Assembly: GCA_951406725.2 (NCBI GenBank)
Contig: OX597825.1
Location: 48,980,001-49,044,000 of the forward strand
Direction of reading: 5' to 3'
DNA from: Octopus vulgaris
Lineage: Eukaryota
DNA length: 64,000 bases
In this document: piece by piece, positions 1 through 13,587 of the stretch
Layout: every line of letters begins with the position of its first letter
Numbering within the stretch: the stretch's first letter is position 1
The notes under the pieces: generated by a model
Told to the model about the DNA's origin: nothing
Seen by the model: only the letters and a program-made list of their open reading frames with translations
Database searches by the model: none
Made by a program: the position numbers and the translations under genes

Positions 1-779
1 TAAATGAAAGCATAGTGTTGATCGATTATGAGTTCTGCTATACCTTCGAAGGCCTATTCTTGTAGAGACGTATTAGTTAGAGACTACTACGGACTGACAC
101 ACGTTATACTAAGATGTTTATGAGGTGGTTTGTGAATTGCGTTTCGGCCTCTGTTACAGAGATACATGCTGATTTAAATACCTTGTATCCCCTGCTGTTA
201 GCTTACTTGCCTTTTAAATCTGTCCTTAGCAAGATCCTCACATAAGTTTGGGTTATTCTTGTAGTCTTTCAAGATTACTTTCAGTACAACTTAAAATCTT
301 TTAGGAGACACATCAACACAGCATTTTCTTTCCTTATGCCCATTATAACTTGGTTTGGGCTAACTAGAGTCAGGATTACTGACAATATATTCAACACAAA
401 GCAGGAGAATTTGCTCCAGTTTCTTAAACAAAGTGACTGCATCGCTACAACTATGGATCTCTGTGTAGTGAATTCCATCCTACAATTTTAGACTAGGATT
501 TTAGTATGAAGGATATAAATAGTGTCAGCATCATAAAGGAAATAAAAGAAAATGGGTTGTTGACACATTATAAACTGTAACTTTTGGCATCAATTTTAAA
601 ATCTACAATCTATGCTGCATTTTTTTCAAATGCAGCACATGCCATGACGCAATTTCGTAAGTTACTTCAACAGGCAAACAAACGGTGAACTTCTCCGATA
701 TTTATACATGCTAACTTACTGGCATATATACTTACGCATATATATATATGCATAGATACGCAAATGCATAAAAGCTCAA

Positions 780-930
780 GTGTGGCTATGTGGTAAGAAG
801 TTTGACTTTCAACTTAAAGTTTTCGGGTTCAGTTTCACTGCGTGGCATCTTGGGCGTGTATCTACCAAATCTCCGGGCCGCCCAAAGCTTTGTGGATTTA
901 TCCTGTACTCAGAAACTGAGAGAAACCGTT
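780..930 (+). mobile_element. tRNA-derived SINE family 1, degenerate 5' part
   Basis: TGTGGCTATGTGGTAAGAAG (A-box-like), GGGTTCAGTTTCACTGCGTGGCATCTTGGGC (B-box-like plus body); aligns by eye to the full copy at 26803-27221. Confidence 0.8.
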
Positions 931-1023
931 CGTGTCTGTCTGTCAATCTGTCTGTTTGTCCATCGGTCCGTCTTTCTGTCACTCTGTCCGTCTGTCTGTC
1001 TCACTGTCCGTCTATTCGCCAAC

Positions 1024-1100
<77 letters not shown>
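1024..1100. repeat. (TATC)n microsatellite preceded by degenerate (TGTC)n
   Basis: Direct tandem tetranucleotide run. Confidence 0.98.
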
Positions 1101-1101
<1 letters not shown>

Positions 1102-1159
1102 GTCTTTTCTATGTGTCTATCTGTCTGTCTATCTATCCTCAACAATAGATGGTAGTATG

Positions 1160-2212
1160 TTCTAAAGAAAGCAATTAAAGCAGAATCGGTTAGATATAGT
1201 AAAGCACTAGCGATAGATCGAAATAGAATAGAGGGAGACCTAGTTAAGTAATTAGAAGAGGAACACAGAAGTGGCATCGCGTCCAACGTGCTGGCGGCCA
1301 GGTTGGCCCTCGACCAAGACTTCAACGCCAAACACGAAGGATGAATTGTCAGAGCTATGATGCATGCCCTGAGAAACGAAGTAATTGGAGTCGCCCGAGA
1401 GGCCCGAGTGTTGGAGGTGCAACAAGGAAACAAACCCACCATTAGGTCTCTGATATGAAAAGGGGCGCAAATTACTCGAGCCTTTCAACAGCACTTTGCC
1501 CGACTGTTCGGGAAAACTGGTGGGTCGGAATGCAGGGTGAACTTTAGTGCCTACCTGCATGGTCTGCCACGATTCTCAGAAAGAGAGGCTGCAGACGTAC
1601 GGGTTGCGATGGCAGGCTGCGCAAAAGACAAGTCACCAGGTTTGGGTGGTCTGCCCTACATGCTTTATTGTCATATGCCAGACTTGTTTGGAAGCGTTTG
1701 GGCAGCAGTCTACTGCAACTGGCAGTAAAACGGGAGTATCCCCAGTTTTGTGAGCCAAGGAGCGGTGGCACTGCTAAAGAAAGTTCCAAACAAGGGAAAC
1801 GTCAAAGATTACTTTAGGCCTATCACTCTGCTCAACGTAGATTTGAAGATTTTGGCCATGCTATCCGAGAGGCTAGCGCTTGTCATCGAGAAACTGGTCG
1901 ACAAGACGCAAATTTGCGCCGTACCGAGCAGGTGTATCCATGACATCCTCTATCTGATGCGCTACATTATAAAGTAGTTAAGGAACCTGGCATGGGTGTG
2001 GCGCAGATCAATTTCGATTAATCAAAAGCTTTCAATAGGGTCGACCATCGTTACTTGGAGGCTGGCCTTAGAGCGGCTGGTTTCGGTCCCGTCTTCCGCA
2101 GGTGGATCACTGCCTTATACAGCGGGATCCGCTCGGTAGTTCGCGTACATAGTCATCCATCTAGTCCATTTAACATCACGCGTTCGGTCCGTTAAGTATG
2201 CCCCCTCTCCTC
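1160..2212 (+). mobile_element. Decayed L1/Tx1-type LINE reverse transcriptase fragment
   Basis: Broken frames give KSPGLGGLPY, FRPITLLNVDLKILA, NFD*SKAFNRVDHRYL and RSVR*VCPLS (RT motifs through the QGCPLS equivalent); many stops and frameshifts. Confidence 0.9.
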
Positions 2213-2689
2213 TCATAATACCTGTGAGAGGAAGTAGGAAGTTTATAGTTGCTGGAGATATTCGCTCCTCAGACTGGTTTGGTTGGGGGCCCCATGACAG
2301 GGTTTATGCAGGGTTTGTGGTCTTTGCGTAACTCGTTTGGTGTAGGAACATCATTGTTGGATGCTTAGACATTGTGTGCCGTCCTTTTTATTGGTTGGAG
2401 TGTGTTGCACTACATTCGCATGTGTGCATTGAGGAGTTTTTCCACTCTTTCATCTCCCCGTGGTGCAACTTCTCTCATGCTACTGATGTGTTGTTGTATG
2501 GTCTGGACATAGTTCTGTGGGCTGTCTACTCACAGCTGCCAGACTTCTCGGTAGAGAGGCACACTAATTCTCTGTTCCTAATTCGCTGTTTCAGAAAATA
2601 CTTTGACACAAATTAAATTTAAATGTTGAAGTGAATCTAACGGATTTTTGTGTGTTCTTAAATGGCTTGCAATCATCTTCCACGCTACA

Positions 2690-3192
<503 letters not shown>

Positions 3193-3267
<75 letters not shown>

Positions 3268-3268
3268 T
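3193..3268. repeat. (GA)n microsatellite
   Basis: Direct dinucleotide run. Confidence 0.98.
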
Positions 3269-3524
3269 ATACAAAAAGAAAACGTAAAAGAGAGAGAGCT
3301 GTTCCTTCTTCCATGAATAACATTTTAATGTATTTCGAAAGTATAATAACTTTTGATATCAGTAAGTGATGTTGGTTAATTTGAAGAATATCTCTCACGT
3401 AAATATTCGATTTATTTCCCTGGTTAATTAAACTTTATTTCATTTGTGAGCTCTTCAACGAAAACGATTAGTTATAATTAGCTGAAATTAATAATAAGTA
3501 AGAAACTATACATTTAATTAGAAG

Positions 3525-3935
3525 GGAATTAGGATAACACAACATGCTATTTCTGCAGCTGTACTTTTGATATAACTTGACCGTTCTCAAAATGTTAAAT
3601 CTATTGAGCTAAGTTTGCAGAGTTTAGAAATTCTTGAAATAGAAGAGAAAGAAAAGAAAACTCTGGTGCTGCAGAAAATTAAATACAGTAATTGTTCTTT
3701 ACATGAATTAGGTTGCAAATATGTCATCAAATTTCTGCCAGGTAATATGTAGGTGGTGCTTGAAATTGCTCTATAATGTTTGCAGCTTAGTAAAGATGGA
3801 GTGCTTGAAATATCGGACACATATGTTCAAGGCTATCCGGCAACGTCTTATTAACTTATAGGAGAGGATTCGATTCACTCAAAAGGCAGCAGCAATATAT
3901 TTTACTGCGAAAAAATTACTATATGAAACCACATT
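3525..3935 (+). pseudogene. Possible decayed leucine-rich-repeat (ribonuclease-inhibitor/NLR-like) coding remnant
   Basis: One frame reads GIRITQHAISAAVLLI*LDRSQNVKSIELS...LQKIKYSNCSLHELGCKYVIKFLPGNM*VVLEIAL*CLQLSKDGVLEIS, resembling LxxLxLxxCxLxxxGCxxL RI-type LRRs; stops are TAA/TAG, consistent with C>T changes of Gln codons. Confidence 0.35.
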
Positions 3936-5628
3936 CCTATTGATGACTTCAAAGACATTATTTTTATATGACTTAGAGAAGAAAGAAAAATGACGTGTGT
4001 CATTTGTTTAGAATATCCAACACTAGCAGGAGGAAATATTTTATTTTCAGTTCGGAGACGTTCGGAATATTTACAACAAATGTCCAAGCTGCACACGTAG
4101 AACCCAAGGCCCAGGTGGGTATATTAAACCACCTGCTTTAACATGATACGTTTATGAGAAGAGTTTATTAGAATATGTTCCACATTTCTTCAGTATTATT
4201 TGTAGCACAAAGTATTTCTCTATCTCACCACACAATAACTCCACGTTATATCAATTTCTTTTAAATTTTAGAATTTATATTTAAATAACATGTGTGTGTA
4301 TTATTAGTTAATCCTAAGTTACCTCTAATTCTGCAAAAAATGATGAAAATTATTCAAGTCATGGAATTACCATGTTTTTCGAGGTTAGTGTATTTAAAAC
4401 CACGCTATTATCTAAGACGGTGCGATATGATGCGAAAGATTTCTGGACTGCTATCTTCTGCAGATGAAAAGACTCTATAGAACCTTCGACATTGAATGTA
4501 GCATAATTGTTCATATACCAAACTGTGTATATGCTTATAGTTCATGTATCAGTGAGTTGTTGATAATCAGTAGAAATATCAGTGAACTTTAGTAGAGGGA
4601 GTCTTTGTTCTACATACTCAGTGTGAAAGTATCACTTAATGATAATATCATGATAAATAATACAAAGGAACATTCAATTTATTACTTTCACTCCGGAAAG
4701 ATTGAAGACACCCGTTTGACTTTTAGCTGATTTCTGTCACTGCTTCAGCAATCGACATATTAATCGAATTTGATCAACGATGCAAGAAGGATGATGGCAG
4801 AGTTGCGAAGGAATAATTGAAAACAATATTACATTTAGATTTTATGAATCATAGTAATTCATGTATCGTATTCAATTATGTAATTCTCATTTTGTAGATA
4901 TGGCTAGCCACCGCAAATCTAATAAACACATATTAGCGCATGTCTATATGTTCAACTGATTCATATATCCATATGAATATATTAATAGGAGGATCGGATG
5001 ACACACTGTACACTGAAAACAATGAGCTTTAATGAAAACAAGGACGTCCCTCGTCTAGTTGGTTGGCTGCTCCAGCAATGCTGACTCCATAGTAAGTTTA
5101 ACAAAAATCGAAATCCGTTCATAATTTACGGTCATTTTAAAGAATTCTCTCTTGAACTTGAAAAGGAGAGCATATACCAACTATCAGACACTGGCTATTA
5201 GGAGGAGAATTGTCTATATCTATGCATGCAGACACTTTAAATGACCCCGAGAAGAGTGTTTCATTTGAACCCGTCTTCAGAGAGGAACAAACTGCCATTG
5301 TCAACAAGTGTTTGCCAGATAATTTCGAGGGGTGGTGCATTAAAGTAGCATTTTGTGAATGTTCATATAAAGTATGAAGTACGAATGTACTCTAAGTACA
5401 GGAGATTTCCTCGGCCAGATTAGAAAAAGGGGGAAAATATGCAAGCATATATCCTTCACTTTATTGAATGAACAAAATGTCTTCGTTACATTATAGCACC
5501 ACTACATTTTTTTCAAAAGACGAAAAAGTAGTTTCACCATTCCATAGCAAAATAATTATATTACACTTTAATAATCTTTGATATCTTGGCATCCGAAGTA
5601 GCTAGAGATGCGTTTAACATAACAGCAA

Positions 5629-5662
<34 letters not shown>

Positions 5663-5779
5663 CACCCGGGAATTTATTGCTTTTATTACTGACTAATATC
5701 ACAGGTATTAATATAAACACTAGCCCACTTATTGTGGATCTTTATCTCAAGCCCCCGATGGAAAATATATCGCATGTTG

Positions 5780-5862
<83 letters not shown>

Positions 5863-5920
5863 TGTATAATTATTATAATTATATGAAAAGAAAAATACGA
5901 ACTACTACAGTATATGCATA

Positions 5921-6247
5921 TCTATATCAATATCTATAAGGCTGAAATGCGAGAAAGTTGTTTGATTTCTTGGTTATTTGTCTCATTTTGGGAATGAACG
6001 GTTTAAGGGGCGGTAGATGGGGTCGAATTGGCCCCAAAATGTACACTGGAGTAAAATGGGGTGGGCAATGGTTTGAGGAGGGTTGAAAATCGCTCGGGAC
6101 TCTGTTTGGTTGCCATGATGAGGAATGTGGGAAACATTCAGATTTATGGGATAGACAGGGTGCGCTGTTTGAATAATGGTGGGAGATAACACGCACAAAA
6201 CAACACCACCTCTGAAACCCGAGCGAAGCACAGGTTAAAATAGCTAG
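5921..6247 (+). mobile_element. Short non-autonomous Helitron-like element
   Basis: Starts A|TCTATATC; ends with subterminal hairpin AACCCGAGC-GAA-GCACAGGTT (6216-6236) then GCTAG at 6243-6247; GC-richer than flanks. The base after CTAG is A, not the canonical T. Confidence 0.65.
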
Positions 6248-7011
6248 ACTATCTATATTTGCAGTGTAATATATGGACTCATAGAATCATGTGGCCACCA
6301 TAGAAAGTTCTAATGAACCCTGATAACAGTGAGCATAGTAATCAAGTATTAAGTAATATAATGGTGAGTTGAATGCAGTGGAAATTTAGGGAATCCAGTC
6401 GATTAAATTATTGCACGAGGAGTTTATAAACCATAAAAAAGTCAGGAGTTATGGGAGATGAGCATATTTATTTAACCACTTGTTATTCCAAGGATTATGG
6501 TAGTTTCACAACTTTCATCATGTAATAATAATTTTACTGTATAATAAATTATTTTACATGCTTACACTAATATGTATGTTACACATTGTATAATACAATT
6601 GTATACTTACAAAAGAAAGCTAGCTCATCAGATCATTAGAAAATCTTGGTTAAACTAGTGCTTCAGCAAAATTTTCCATTTAATATATACAATACTTTTA
6701 AATTATTGGTGTATTGCAGTCCGGTCTGTTACATTTAATGCCTGTTTTCGACACCTGCTTCTTTTCTGTATCAATCAAGTCTCTAAATCTTCCAAAGTCA
6801 CTCTGAGACTTTCTATTGAGTACGAAGAAGGAGCTAGTTCTGTAGACCTGCACAGAAATGATTGTCATTCTTCACGGAAGGTACGTTACGTTAGCGCCTA
6901 CCATACGAGCACCAGCAATTTGACCTCTTTGAAAGTCCGACAGATCTGTCATTTTAATGAATTTTAATTACCTTTTTCTGATGATATCTGAAAAGAAACA
7001 GAAATTCTCTG

Positions 7012-7044
<33 letters not shown>

Positions 7045-9160
7045 GCATATATATATATGGTATATTTATATATGTATATATATGCGTATGTTTGTGTGTA
7101 TACATTGTGTTTGTCTGACTGTATGTATGTACGCATGCATGCATGTATATATGCGCGTTACGAGGTACTTATGTATGCGTTACTATGGCTGGAGATAACC
7201 TGTACGATGCAACCGGAGATGCAACAAACAACAGTCAAATCACTTTGATATCATTTACCATTTTCACAGCGGAAGGAAATATTCTACAATGGTAGCAGAG
7301 GTACGTTACATCTGGAACAAGATGGGATAATCATTAACATAAAATCTCTGAATCACGGGTCTACTTGATTAGTGCTGTCCTGCAGTTACAAAAAAAGAAG
7401 TTACTCCTACCACGTTATTCTTAGTATTTCAAATTTTCATAAATCTTATTCCACTTTACATGTATTTGCTGCAGGCTTAACCCTTTTAAGATCAACAACC
7501 TAAGTAAAATACTCAAGTAATAGTAACAAATAAAATATTCATGCAAATCGTTTCCGATATACTTATCTATCATTGCATTTTACAGATAATCTCTCGTTAT
7601 TAATATTCTTTAATGTATTTCAAGTTGCATGTTCCCACATCACACCATAATATTCTCTTTTGCGGGTTGAGCCTGTACAATGTTGATCAATACAAATAGG
7701 TCACTCTACCCGATTTAATGACTAATGGCATTTTATTGCTTTGCTATCCCTACAGACATTCTATCATTCGAGATTGTTTCGCTACGGGTAAGCAGCTAAT
7801 CTCTGTTTAGAGCAGACATTACATTCACAGGTATTTTATGATAATACTAATAATTCTTACTTTCCGAACTAATGGTTTTACTATAATAATTGAAGATTCA
7901 CAGAACAGCATTGTCTCGGATTAGTAAATATGGATACATACGCATATGAATATGTCAATGTCTGTACGTACGTACTTATGTATGTGTCTGTGACTGTGCT
8001 TGTATGTGTATGTGTGTGTGTGTGTGTGTGTGTGTACAAATCTAACAATAGATATGATTGCATTATTGCTTGTAAGAATGTGAGAGTATGAGATATTTAC
8101 ATATATCTCTGTTAGACTTAAAATAAACTATAGTGATATCGAAATTTCAGAGGTAATAGGCTGCATACATCTATAAAATCAGATGTTATGTATAAATACG
8201 TATTATCTTAAATACACTTTAATACTTACACACGCACGAACAAACACATCAGAACAACAGTAGTCAATCATGATCGACGTTGCAGTATGTACCATACTTT
8301 CACTAGATGTTATAAGTGGGATAGCAGTTTAAAGAAATCAAGTACACCCCTCGGCCCTTTCTCAAGTGACTCAAACATAGACAGTAAAGATGATATATTC
8401 TAATATCATACAAGACATATTCTGGACTTATATACATTATCTTTCCTTCGAGAAAAAGTAAAACAAAACTAAAAAAATTAAAACAAATGGCTCGTGGCAA
8501 TTGCAACCAACTCTAAATGAGGAAGTTGGGGTAGTCACCGAAGCTAACATGCTATTAAGGAAAAGATTGTCTCACCATCTAGACATAAGAGGACAGCTCA
8601 AAGCGCTTGTTTCAGCTGCAATAGGTATCATCAGTGTAGCAGTTTCTTTGTTTTGAATTCACATTAGTGAACTTGTAAAAGTAACAATACATTTATTCCG
8701 TGTTTAAAAATACATATGTATCACATGCCGGAATAAACACAGAGCTAGCCTTGTGAGAATATACTCCGTAGATAATAAAAGAATATTCTGTCGTTAGAAG
8801 TATGAAGCAATCTGATTGGATTCATCTTTCATTAAATATACGCCCATGAACATTTACAACTCCCTCTAACGACTGAAGGTTTTATGAATAACGCAAAGAA
8901 GACGTTGCTAATACAAGTTGCATTATAGTACAAGGCTGCCTTACCGATGCTTTATAAACAAAGTTTATTTGACGTACATATAGTGATAATGACAACAGAA
9001 CCAATCTTATCTATCTAACCTAACCTCAATAGCCTCGTCACTATCCATCGCTCTGCTGCTAGTTAAGCATAACCACGCTTCTCAGTCTCCACTTATCCAT
9101 ATGTTTTCCACGTGTAGATTCTATTTTATTTTTAAAACCTATTTCTATTATATATATATA

Positions 9161-10431
9161 TAGTGGGGTTGGACAAAGTAATGGAAACACCTAGCATCAT
9201 AGCATCATAATTTTGAAATATCTATAAAACTGTCAAAAGCTTGTTTATTTTTAGGTTTTGATTTATCATTAGTGTTGCTTCATATGTTTTGCTAAAATTG
9301 CTGTTTAGTTTCAGATATCATCAGGAAAATGTAGTTAAAATTCATTAAAATGACAGAATAATCGGACTTTCAAAGATGTCAAATTGTTGATGCTCGTGTG
9401 GTAGGCGCTAGCGTAATGAAAACAGCCGAAATATTTGGGGTATCATGAAGTACTATCTCTATAGTAATGACAGGCTTTGAGAAAGAGGGAAAAAAACCCT
9501 CGTCGAAACAAAACTCCGGAAGAAAATTAAAACTTTCAGATAAGGACCGTCGTATTCTTACGAGAATTGTTAGAAAGGATCACAAATGTACAGCTCCCAA
9601 AATTACTGCAGAGCTTAATGACCATCTCGAGAACCCAGTTTCCACAAAAACTGCTTGCCGAGAGCTGCGCAAAGTCGGATTTCACGGGAGGGCTGCAATC
9701 AGGAAACCACTACTTTCAAAAGCAAACGTTGCAAAGCGTTTAGAGTGGAGTAAAACCCTATAGAATTGGTCCGTAGAACAGTGGAAGAATTATTTTCTCG
9801 GACGAGTCATGCTCTACCATATTTCCGACCACCGGCCTAGTATACGTGTGGAGACAGCCAAAAGGAGCATTTGGCCCAGACTGCCTTCTCCCAACTATTA
9901 AACATGGAGGAGTATCTGTGATGATATTGGTGGGGGCTATATCTTGGAAATCCGCCGGCCCAATGGTTTCCCTTCATGACAGAATTAACAGTCATGACTA
10001 TTTAGGTATTTTAGCTGATCAAATTCATCCTATGATTGCGAAACTGTTTCCGGAGGGAATCGCAATCTTTCAGTATGATAATGCACCAATTCACACAGCT
10101 AAAGTTGTTACTGAATGGCACAAGGAACATTTTAGTGAAGTTGAACATCTTATCTGGCCACCACAGTCCCAAGATTTCAATATTATTGAACATTTATGGT
10201 GCACTTTAGAAAATGTAAGGAGTCGATATCCTCTACCAACATCATCACAAGAACTGGAGACTGCTTTCGCTGACGAAAGGACAAAAATTCCTTTGGAAGC
10301 AATTCAAAGTTCGTAGGAATCCATACCTCATAGAATTCAAGCTGTAATTATTACCAAAGGCGGTCCTACCTCATATTAAAATTAATTTGTTTCAAATTTT
10401 AAGGTGTTTCCATTATTTTGTCCAACACCTG
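9161..10431 (+). mobile_element. Full-length, inactivated Tc1-family transposon with DD36E spacing (Incomer-like)
   Basis: ~30-bp TIRs (GTTGGACAAAGTAATGGAAACACCT / AGGTGTTTCCATTATTTTGTCCAAC) in TA context; transposase from ~9350 with FSDES, FQYDNAPIH and SQDFNIIEHLW; 36 residues counted between the second D and E; stops and frameshifts. Confidence 0.92.
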
Positions 10432-10844
10432 TATATATATAGACATTTACATTGTTAGATTGTTACTCATGTAAATATATGCATAGAGTCAAAGGCAGGC
10501 ACAGATTGATACACATGCATATACATACATACATGCATACGTACATGCACACATACATTCATGCTTGTAGAAATGTATAAAAAAATGTATACATATATAG
10601 AATAATCCAAATATTATTGTGGAGCTAAGAGAAAAAAAAGACAATATTTAATGGAGATTTAATGACTAGTCGCTAAAGTCTTGAAAATGTATGTAGAAAG
10701 TTGGACATAAATGCACAAATGCATTTTCTCTCTCTGCTTTTTTCTCTCCCTATCTATCTCTCTTTTCCATTCATATATACGTATACACACATATAAATGT
10801 AATTTTATATATAACGCCTTTTCACGTATACACACATAAATGCG

Positions 10845-10898
<54 letters not shown>

Positions 10899-10912
10899 GT
10901 ACACGCATACAT

Positions 10913-10949
<37 letters not shown>

Positions 10950-13518
10950 CATATATATTTATATATTGTTAGATTGATATATAGATAGATACATACATAT
11001 ATATATATATACATATGTATATATGCTTGTATATAATTCGTAATATAACAGAATGCACGCATATATACATGTAAGTATATAAAAATGTGCTTTTATTTCC
11101 TATACATTTAAGTATTGATGCTTGTGTATATGTATATATACATGTGTCTAAATATGTATGTATGCATATATCATCCACTTTAATATTTTTGCTCACTAGT
11201 AATTCTTCCATTGATTTATTTAATTCTATATAACATTAACAGTGGAATGTTTATTTCTTCCGGTTTGTTTCAATTACACCTTTACTGTATAATCATGTCT
11301 CGCTAAGAAGCTACTTACTTTACGCATACTATAATACCATGGATGAGACTTTTTTCCCGTTAAATCTATTGTGATTTCCTTGCAAAATTTTGCACATTAA
11401 GATCAAACAAAAACAGAAAAATTTGCAAGCACATATAAAATTTTCAAACACATGTATTTGAAATTGCTGATTTTATTTTATTGATTTATAGAAGTAAATT
11501 ATAGTATTCTCTGTTATTTATAATTTTCTTATGTTTCTCCATTAATTCTTAATATTTGTATTAGAAGCTCGTCTTCAACACTAGCAACGATATACGATAT
11601 TATCGAATAATGATGTTGTTTGGTTTGTTGAGCAGACTTCGGTTACAAGATAATTGGATGGTTGTTTACATACATATATGCTAAACTACCAAATCGATGG
11701 TACATATGTGCGTTTTAGTTTCTAGATCGATACGGATGAAAATGTAAAATGTTTAAATTTATTTATTTATTTTTATGTATGATCCGTTTGTCTGTTGATT
11801 GATTATATTACCAATATTACATATATCTGTGTTTTTGTCGATGGACCAATTCGGGAAATAGTGAAGGGATGGCCGAGTGTATAACGTTTCAGTTTCGTTG
11901 CCCTATAGATTAAATATTCATATTAGCTATACATGTTTCTTTCTGATGAAATCTTCACATTTTATTTTACATTACCTCAGCTGATGTGAGATGCCTTTTA
12001 TTATTTCTTTCAAGGTTGAATTAATCTGTCACCTGGTTGATATCAATAGAGAGCCACTGGATGTTCTTAGAGGTGTTCCCTCAAAAGCAAGCATCCGATT
12101 TGAGGAAAAATAATTCCCTTCCTCCCCTTGGTCAGTGAAATCCTGTAAAATCAGTCTCATGGGCGATAACGTTCCTCCATTTAAAATAAGCGTTAAAATA
12201 AAAAACGATTTTACCTGATACTTCCAGTTTGTCTAGTCTGCTTAGTGCCGGTGTATAAAATTATAGGTGTTAATAACTGGCAGAGTCCATAATATTTCAG
12301 AATATCGAATAAAGAATTGATACTTCGTAACTGGTTTTGAGATATAACCAAGACTTTATTTGCGTATTTTTAGTCCGCCTTGCTGAGTTCAATCACAAAT
12401 TATTTTATACGACAAGGCAACAACCTACGAGATTCTATATTTATGCAGAAGTCATGTTTCATTTCATGGTGTTTCTTTATAGCATATAATTTCTGACAAA
12501 ACTATGAAGTAAATCGCTTTTATTAAATTCTAATATCTGCGAATCGCCTTGTTAGCTATATTTCTATTCCCCGAAACTTCAGTGTTCAGTGTTGAGCTTA
12601 AGGTAGAGATAATTCTCTATACGTTTAAAATAGATCTGCAAATGTTAAAGCAAAAGATTGAGTTCAACAAGTGCAGGAATTTGAGAATGGAATGTAACTG
12701 AAACACGAAACAAAAGTATGACCGAAAATAGCGGTAGATTATAACTGAAATAGTTTCAGTTATAATCCACTTCCAGTTTGGTTCAAATGTATTATAGCCT
12801 CCACCGAGCTTCTAACGTTGCAAGTATTAAATATTATAAACCCAGAATTCTGTCACTTGCTGCGAGGTGAATGGGATATGAGATTAACATTATGTTTTAG
12901 ATTTAAAATCATTCTTCTTTCTAATGCATTTAAAAAGAATTCTTATATATTAATATCCAGAATTTCTTTAATAATCATCATTTGAATATGAATTCTGCAA
13001 ACTTTAGTGTTAGCTGGTAATCTATCAAGTTATCACATCCGGTGAGAATTTACTTGAGATATTTTGAAAATGTTAATTTCCATTTTATTCAATAGCCTTT
13101 AAACTTGAAGCATTATCGGAACCCAGTAGCCGTTTCGATGTAGAGAAATAATATGGAGGCCCTAAAATCTTATAAAATACTGTATTTATGAAGACTTAGG
13201 AGATTTTGATATGAAGTTGTTCACCGCTTTTCGGTATTACATTTCTAAATGTGACATGATAGCAATGTTGATACTGCAGAGTCGAATATAACTGGTATGA
13301 TTGATAAACGGTATGATTATGTGTTTGCAGTCAACGTAAAAATAAAGTCACTGACAACAATCAAAATTCAATATAAAAACAATAAGAAATATAAAAATAT
13401 GTGCGACACAAAATCAGACTGTTCTAATTATACAATTTCCACAACCTACCGTCAGTTTAGATATCAATGAAGACACCATAAATATCAGTGGTAAATATAT
13501 ATATATATATATTCTATG

Positions 13519-13531
13519 AATAATAATAATG

Positions 13532-13585
<54 letters not shown>
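13519..13585. repeat. (AAT)n microsatellite
   Basis: Direct trinucleotide run. Confidence 0.97.

Positions 13586-13587
<2 letters not shown>

Noticed and set aside
1-480. Possible LINE 5'/endonuclease remnant on the minus strand
   Set aside because: Only vague similarity (QGI...CISVTE); no motif I can support.
5161-5423. ~85-codon stop-free + frame (KGEHIPTIRHWLLGGEL...) and overlapping minus ORF
   Set aside because: No recognisable domain; length is within chance for a 64-kb window.
8596-8640. Minus-strand CTGATGA...GAAAC with palindrome AAGCGCTT
   Set aside because: Stem II does not pair and there is no proper cleavage triplet with stem I; at most a very old remnant.
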